64,000 nucleotides of DNA. Origin: Eledone cirrhosa. Lineage: Eukaryota. Both the position numbers and the translations under genes were made by a program. The notes under the pieces were generated by a model. It did not search any database and was not told where the DNA came from. It saw nothing but the letters and a program-made list of their open reading frames with translations. Shown piece by piece: positions 58,326-64,000 of this stretch (its first letter is position 1; each line of letters starts with the position of its first letter). The DNA is taken from NCBI GenBank assembly GCA_964016885.1, contig OZ024741.1:314898001-314962000 (forward strand). Reading direction: 5' to 3'.

Positions 58326-58437
58326 CCTGAGAGCAGTCAGTCCACGTGCTAACCTTGGCGCGCGAGCATCTCTGTTGCGTTACTGTTGTGATTTTAGTTG
58401 GTTTTGGTTTATTTAGATAAAAATCTTAGTTTCAACC

Positions 58438-59942
58438 ATGAGTCCTAAGAAAGTGAGTGCCAAGAAGACTGGCGAGAAAAAGAAAAGGATGATGTCTATG
58501 GATATTAAGCACGAAATCGCAGAAAAACATGAGCGTGGTGTGCGTGTTATTGACTTGGCAAAGGAGTACGATCGTAGTACTTCTACAATATGTACTATTT
58601 TGAAACAAAAGGATTCAATAAAGGCTATGACACCAGCCAAGGTTGTTAAGATAATTTCTAAGCTCCGGACCTCTATCCATGAAGAGATGGAAAAGTTGCT
58701 GTTGGCGTGGCTGACCGAGAAGCAGCTTGCTGGAGATACCGTAACCGAGACCATCATCTGTGAGAAGGCACAAGTTATTTATGGAGAGTTGGTGCGAGAT
58801 CATCCTCGGACGAGGCATCGGAAGAGTCATTCAAAGCCAGTCGGGGATGGTTTGATAATTTTAAAAAGAGGACTGGCATTCACTCCGTCGTCAGGCATGG
58901 TGAGGCTGCAAACTCAGATTTTAAGGCAGCTGAAGAATATACTTCATTTTTTGGTGAACTGGTAAAAGCCGAAGGTTACATCCCCCAGCAAGTCTTTAAC
59001 TGCGACGAGACAGGGCTATTTTGGAAAAAGATGCCAAGGAGAACGTACATAACAGCAGAGGAGAAGAGCTTGCCAGGCCACAAACCTATGAAGGACAGGT
59101 TGACCCTTGCACTGTGTGCAAATGCGAGTGGCGATTTAAAGATTAAACCGCTGCTCGTATATCACTCGGAAAACCCATGGGCCTTAAAGTGTCGTAAGAT
59201 TCTTAAAGAAAAACTGCAGGTTATGTGGAGGGCAAACCCAAAGGCATGGGTCACCAGGGAGTTTTTTTGCATCTCTTCCGGTGCTGCTTTGAGGTTACGA
59301 AAAACACAAACCTCACCCTTCGAGAGTTCTGGAAAGAATATTACACTATCGTAGCCTGCCCCAAAGTTATAGACATGGCCTGGCAGGGTGTTACATAGAG
59401 GACCTTCAACTCTGCATGGAAGAAGCTGTGGCCCGAGGTTGTGTCCGAAAGGGACTTCGAAGGATTCGAACCCGAACCCGAAGAGTTAGTGGAGGAGGAG
59501 ATCGTGTCCATCGGAAAATCCATGGGCCTGGAATAGGACGAAGGAGACATCAACGACCTCGTCGAAGAGCACAATGAGGAACTGACAACGGAGGAATTAA
59601 AGGAGCTACAGGACCAGCAGCATACAGAGATTTGGCAGGAAATTAATGAGAGGCCAGAGTCAGAGGAGGTAGTAATCCCTTCAAGTGAAATTAAGGAAAT
59701 CTTGGGAATTTGGGAGAAACTTCCAGAAAAACATTTGGGAGAAACATCCAGAAAAAGTTGGAACAAGTCGTGCGTCGGCACTGTTTAACGTCACTTGCCT
59801 CGCTCATTTCAGAAACATTTTAAAAGGGAGGAAGAAACAAACCTCCTTGGACAGGTTTTTAGTGAAACGCCGTCAAAGCGAAGGCGAGGAAAGTGTGGCC
59901 AAAAAGCCAAAAGACAGTGAAGATGATGATGACAGTAACTGA
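58438..59942 (+). pseudogene. Tigger-like transposase (CENP-B-type HTH + DDE), frameshifted and internally deleted
   Basis: MSPKK..KHERGVRVIDLAKEYDRSTSTICTILK, MEKLLLAW, VFNCDETGLFWKKMP..KDRLTLALCANASGD..KPLLVYHSENP, KQTSLDRFL. Confidence 0.9.
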
Positions 59943-60439
59943 AGTACCGTACGGTACGATAAGAAAAAACAAGTTTTTAAAAATAGCAATTAAGTTTAGC
60001 GATTAAGTATAGCATAGTGTGTAAGTTGAATTTAGCAATACAAAATAGCATTAACTGCGTAGTGAGTAAGTCAAGTGAAGAGATAGAGAGCAAAACGGAA
60101 AACATTTACAGCCTCTCCCGCCATTCTCCTCCACCTCTGCCAATCCTCCACCACCGCCAGCTTTTTCGACTCATCTTGAAGGTAAATACACTAAAATAAA
60201 TCCAGTTTATTTCTTTACATTCTCTTTTATTATGTTCTTATTATTTTATTATACATTATTTGTTATTTATAAAGTATATTTTGCTTATTAAAAACACGTA
60301 ACATAAATAAATTGGTATGGTGTAGGGGGGTCAGAACGGATTAATAGCATTTCAGTTAATTTCAATGGGGAAAATTGATTTGAGATGAGAGTAAATTGAG
60401 TTACGAGATCGATCGCGGAAAGAATTAAACTCGTATCTC

Positions 60440-60489
<50 letters not shown>

Positions 60490-60540
60490 TAAAATGAAAC
60501 GAAACTTCATTTCCCACTCTTAGTACGGCTGTTACTTAAA

Positions 60541-61115
60541 TATAAGTATGTATACGTACATACATATATGTATACAGACGTACAGTAGTATGTATACATA
60601 TATACATACATGCACACATATAAATATATATGTATGGATTCACCAAACATTTATTATAATGTTCGGTGTGTTTGTAAACAAACATCCCGTATTAAGCCGT
60701 AGTGTCTAGTAACAATCGTTGCTCGTTTGTTCAACACTGACAAAGGAACGCTGTACTAGTTTCAAGCTTGTTAGCTATCGTCAGCAACGTATACCTTCCT
60801 GCCAGATAGTTGAGCGTCCAAAAGTATATACTTTCCTTATGCATATTAACGGCTGAGTAGCCCAATTTGCATATCGAAACAAACGAAGCTTGAAACTAGT
60901 ACAGCGTTCCTTTGTCAGTGTTGAACAAACGAGCAATGGTGGTTGCTAGAAACTACGGCTTAATACGGGATGTTTGTTTACAAACACACCGAGCATTATA
61001 ATAAATGTTTGGTGAATCCATACGTACATATATATATGTGTGCATGTATGTATATATGTATACATACTACTGTACGTCTGTATACATATATGTATGAACG
61101 TATACATACTTATAT
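60541..61115. repeat. Inverted repeat, about 230-bp arms
   Basis: 60541-60769 vs 60887-61115. Confidence 0.85.
60748..60790 (-). ncRNA. Minimal hammerhead motif (CTAG)
   Basis: Minus strand: acgttg-CTGACGA-t agct aaca agct t-GAAA-ctag-TA-cagcgt. Confidence 0.75.
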
Positions 61116-61660
61116 ATATATGTATATATGTATATGTAGATATGTACATGTATATATGTATATATGTATCTGAAAACGTGCGTTGAAACCGATATTGTTA
61201 TACTTTGGGAGGGTCATGTTGCCAATAAGAAACACACGCACCAGATGCTTCACTTCAATCTATTATAATAAATTTATAAATTTAGGAATTTATAAATTTC
61301 CGGTTGGTTGGTTGGTTCCACAAACAGATGATTGTTTATATATTGACAACGTTCTTTCGTCACACATTCTGTGACCTCTTCAGTGACTGGGGATTCTTTT
61401 CTTTGTTTTTGTGCCTCTCCTTTGTTCTGTCCTACGCCATCTTGTTTTTTTCAAAAAATCAAGATGGCGTAGAACAGAACAAAGGAGAGGCACAAAAACA
61501 AAGAAAAGAATCCCCAGTCACTGAAGAGGTCACAGAATGTGTGACGAAATAACTTTGACAATATATAAACAATCATCTGTTTGTGGAACCAACCAGCCGG
61601 AAATTTTTAAATTCCCAAATTTATAAATTTATTATAATAGATTGGACCCTCCCAAAGTAT

Positions 61661-61729
<69 letters not shown>

Positions 61730-61822
61730 GGAGGTGAGTTTTATTGTAGTACAATAAAGCAATGCAGATATCGGATAAGAAGCACTCTACAGTTTGTAGG
61801 ACTGGAGTATACATAATATAAG

Positions 61823-62142
61823 ATCAAAAGATGGTTAAAGGAGTTCCATGTATTTTATTATGCGCATTTCAAAAACAAACATCATCATGCAATAATATTT
61901 GTGTTTTCATCAGATAAAACAGGAGAACATGATATGAAGGCTAAAAAACACTTGTGGATAGTGCAGTTTTAAATCAACATATATGTTGATTTAAAACTGC
62001 ACTATCCACAAGTGTTTTTTAGCCTTCATATCATGTTCTCCTGTTTTATCTGATGAAAACACAAATATTATTGCATGATGATGTTTGTTTTTGAAATGCG
62101 CATAATAAAATACATGGAACTCCTTTAACCATCTTTTGATCT

Positions 62143-62146
<4 letters not shown>
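61823..62146. repeat. Near-perfect palindrome centred near 61982
   Basis: ..TTTAAATCAACAT a t ATGTTGATTTAAA..; each arm carries a hammerhead. Confidence 0.9.
62044..62110 (+). ncRNA. Minimal hammerhead (TGCGCA family; mirror copy 61853-61919 on minus)
   Basis: ttttat-CTGATGA-stem II-GAAA-tgcgca-TA-ataaaa. Confidence 0.8.
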
Positions 62147-62238
<92 letters not shown>

Positions 62239-62260
62239 ATATGTATATATGTATATGTAC

Positions 62261-62340
<80 letters not shown>

Positions 62341-62350
62341 ATATGTATAT

Positions 62351-62400
<50 letters not shown>

Positions 62401-62422
62401 GTATATATACATATATACATAT

Positions 62423-62516
<94 letters not shown>

Positions 62517-62551
62517 ATATGTATATATGTATATGTACATATATATATATA

Positions 62552-62602
<51 letters not shown>

Positions 62603-62612
62603 ATATGTATAT

Positions 62613-62660
<48 letters not shown>

Positions 62661-62682
62661 GTATATATACATATATACATAT

Positions 62683-62812
<130 letters not shown>

Positions 62813-62813
62813 T

Positions 62814-62855
<42 letters not shown>

Positions 62856-62868
62856 TATATATATATAG

Positions 62869-62954
<86 letters not shown>

Positions 62955-63136
62955 GAAGAGAGAAGGGGAGGGAGAAAGAGAGAGTAAGAAATGTGTGTGT
63001 GTGTGTTTGGTACACGTCTATCTATCTATATATCTATCTCTCCAATAGGGGGCTCAAACATACGGCCCGCAAACTACTTTTCTATGGCCCGTGGTAGAAC
63101 CAATATTTCAGATTCCATTACAACTGGTGAAAAAAA

Positions 63137-63355
63137 GGCGGTGAGCTGCTGGAATCGTTAGCACATCTGGCGAAAGGCTTAGCAGTACCTCTTCCGTGTT
63201 TATGTTCTGAGTTCAAATTCCGCCAGTCTCAACTTTGCCTTTCATCCTTTTGGGGTCGATAAACTAATTACCAGTTGTGAACTGGGATCGATGTAATCGA
63301 CGGGACCCTAAACCCCATATTTCATGCCTTGTGCCTATAGTAGAAATTATTGTAA
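63137..63355 (+). mobile_element. Related tRNA-derived SINE
   Basis: TGGAATCGTTAG..CTGAGTTCAAATTCCGCC..GCCTTTCATCCTTTTGGGGTCGATAAA. Confidence 0.8.
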
Positions 63356-63742
63356 TTGGTGAAAATCATCACCCACCACCACGTTTGGCCCACTGTGCCT
63401 ATCCTACAGGACGTAATGGCCCTTTTATGTCCCTGAGTTTGAGACACCTTTTCTACACACACATACACACACATATATATATATACACTTTACTTTTTTT
63501 CTGTCCCTGGACTACGCCCATGCTGGAGTATCACATTGTTAAGTTATGGGGTCGTCAAGAAACCAACAAGCATTGGTGGAAGGGCAAACGCAAACGCAAA
63601 GACACACAGAGACATATATACATATATGCGACGCGTTTCTTTTAATTTCGGTCTATCAAATCCCCTACGGGGCTTTAGTCGGCCAGGGCAGTGGGACTGA
63701 ACCTGGAAACATGTGGTTGGGAAGCAAGCTTCTTGTCGCACT

Positions 63743-63839
<97 letters not shown>

Positions 63840-64000
63840 ATGAATATAAAATGAAAGTGCTTTTTTTAAAAAAAAGGAATTTATTAGGTATTGACATATG
63901 ATTCTGTAACAGACGGAATACCTATGTATCGCTGCTTGCGTAATCATATAATGTTAGCAAGTATTCGATAGCAAATGTATAATCAGTTGTCACTTCTTCA

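Larger units (their letters stand above)
57883..60446 (+). mobile_element. Tigger/pogo-family DNA transposon in a (TA)n tract
   Basis: Left TIR CAGTGATACCTTGAGATACGAGT after TA; right TIR ACTCGTATCTCAAGGTAT with its last bases lost into (TA)n; transposase remnant inside. Confidence 0.92.

Overview
AT-rich, microsatellite-dense animal genomic DNA, most consistent with an octopus or other coleoid cephalopod (inferred from the tRNA-derived SINEs, (TA)n/(CA)n density and Penelope-like elements). Nearly all ORFs in the supplied track are microsatellite noise. The window holds the 3' part of one + strand gene that the ORF track shows only in fragments. It has seven tandemly duplicated phase-1/phase-1 exons (135 nt; the last is 132 nt), each encoding one 8-cysteine EGF/laminin-EGF-type repeat of the MEGF10/Draper/SCARF kind. 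These are followed by a transmembrane exon (56212-56305) and a short candidate cytoplasmic exon. By manual count, duplicated exons 1 and 3 differ at about 12% of sites, almost all non-synonymous, while their upstream introns differ at about 2%. This points to a rapidly diversifying cell-surface receptor. The introns and the region just downstream carry Penelope-like retroelements, a Helitron, a Tigger/pogo transposon, an RTE-like LINE, SINEs, MITEs and many long inverted repeats. About 20 minimal type-I hammerhead ribozyme motifs of several families are present, many lying next to their own antisense copy. All counts and coordinates were read by eye, and repeat boundaries are approximate.
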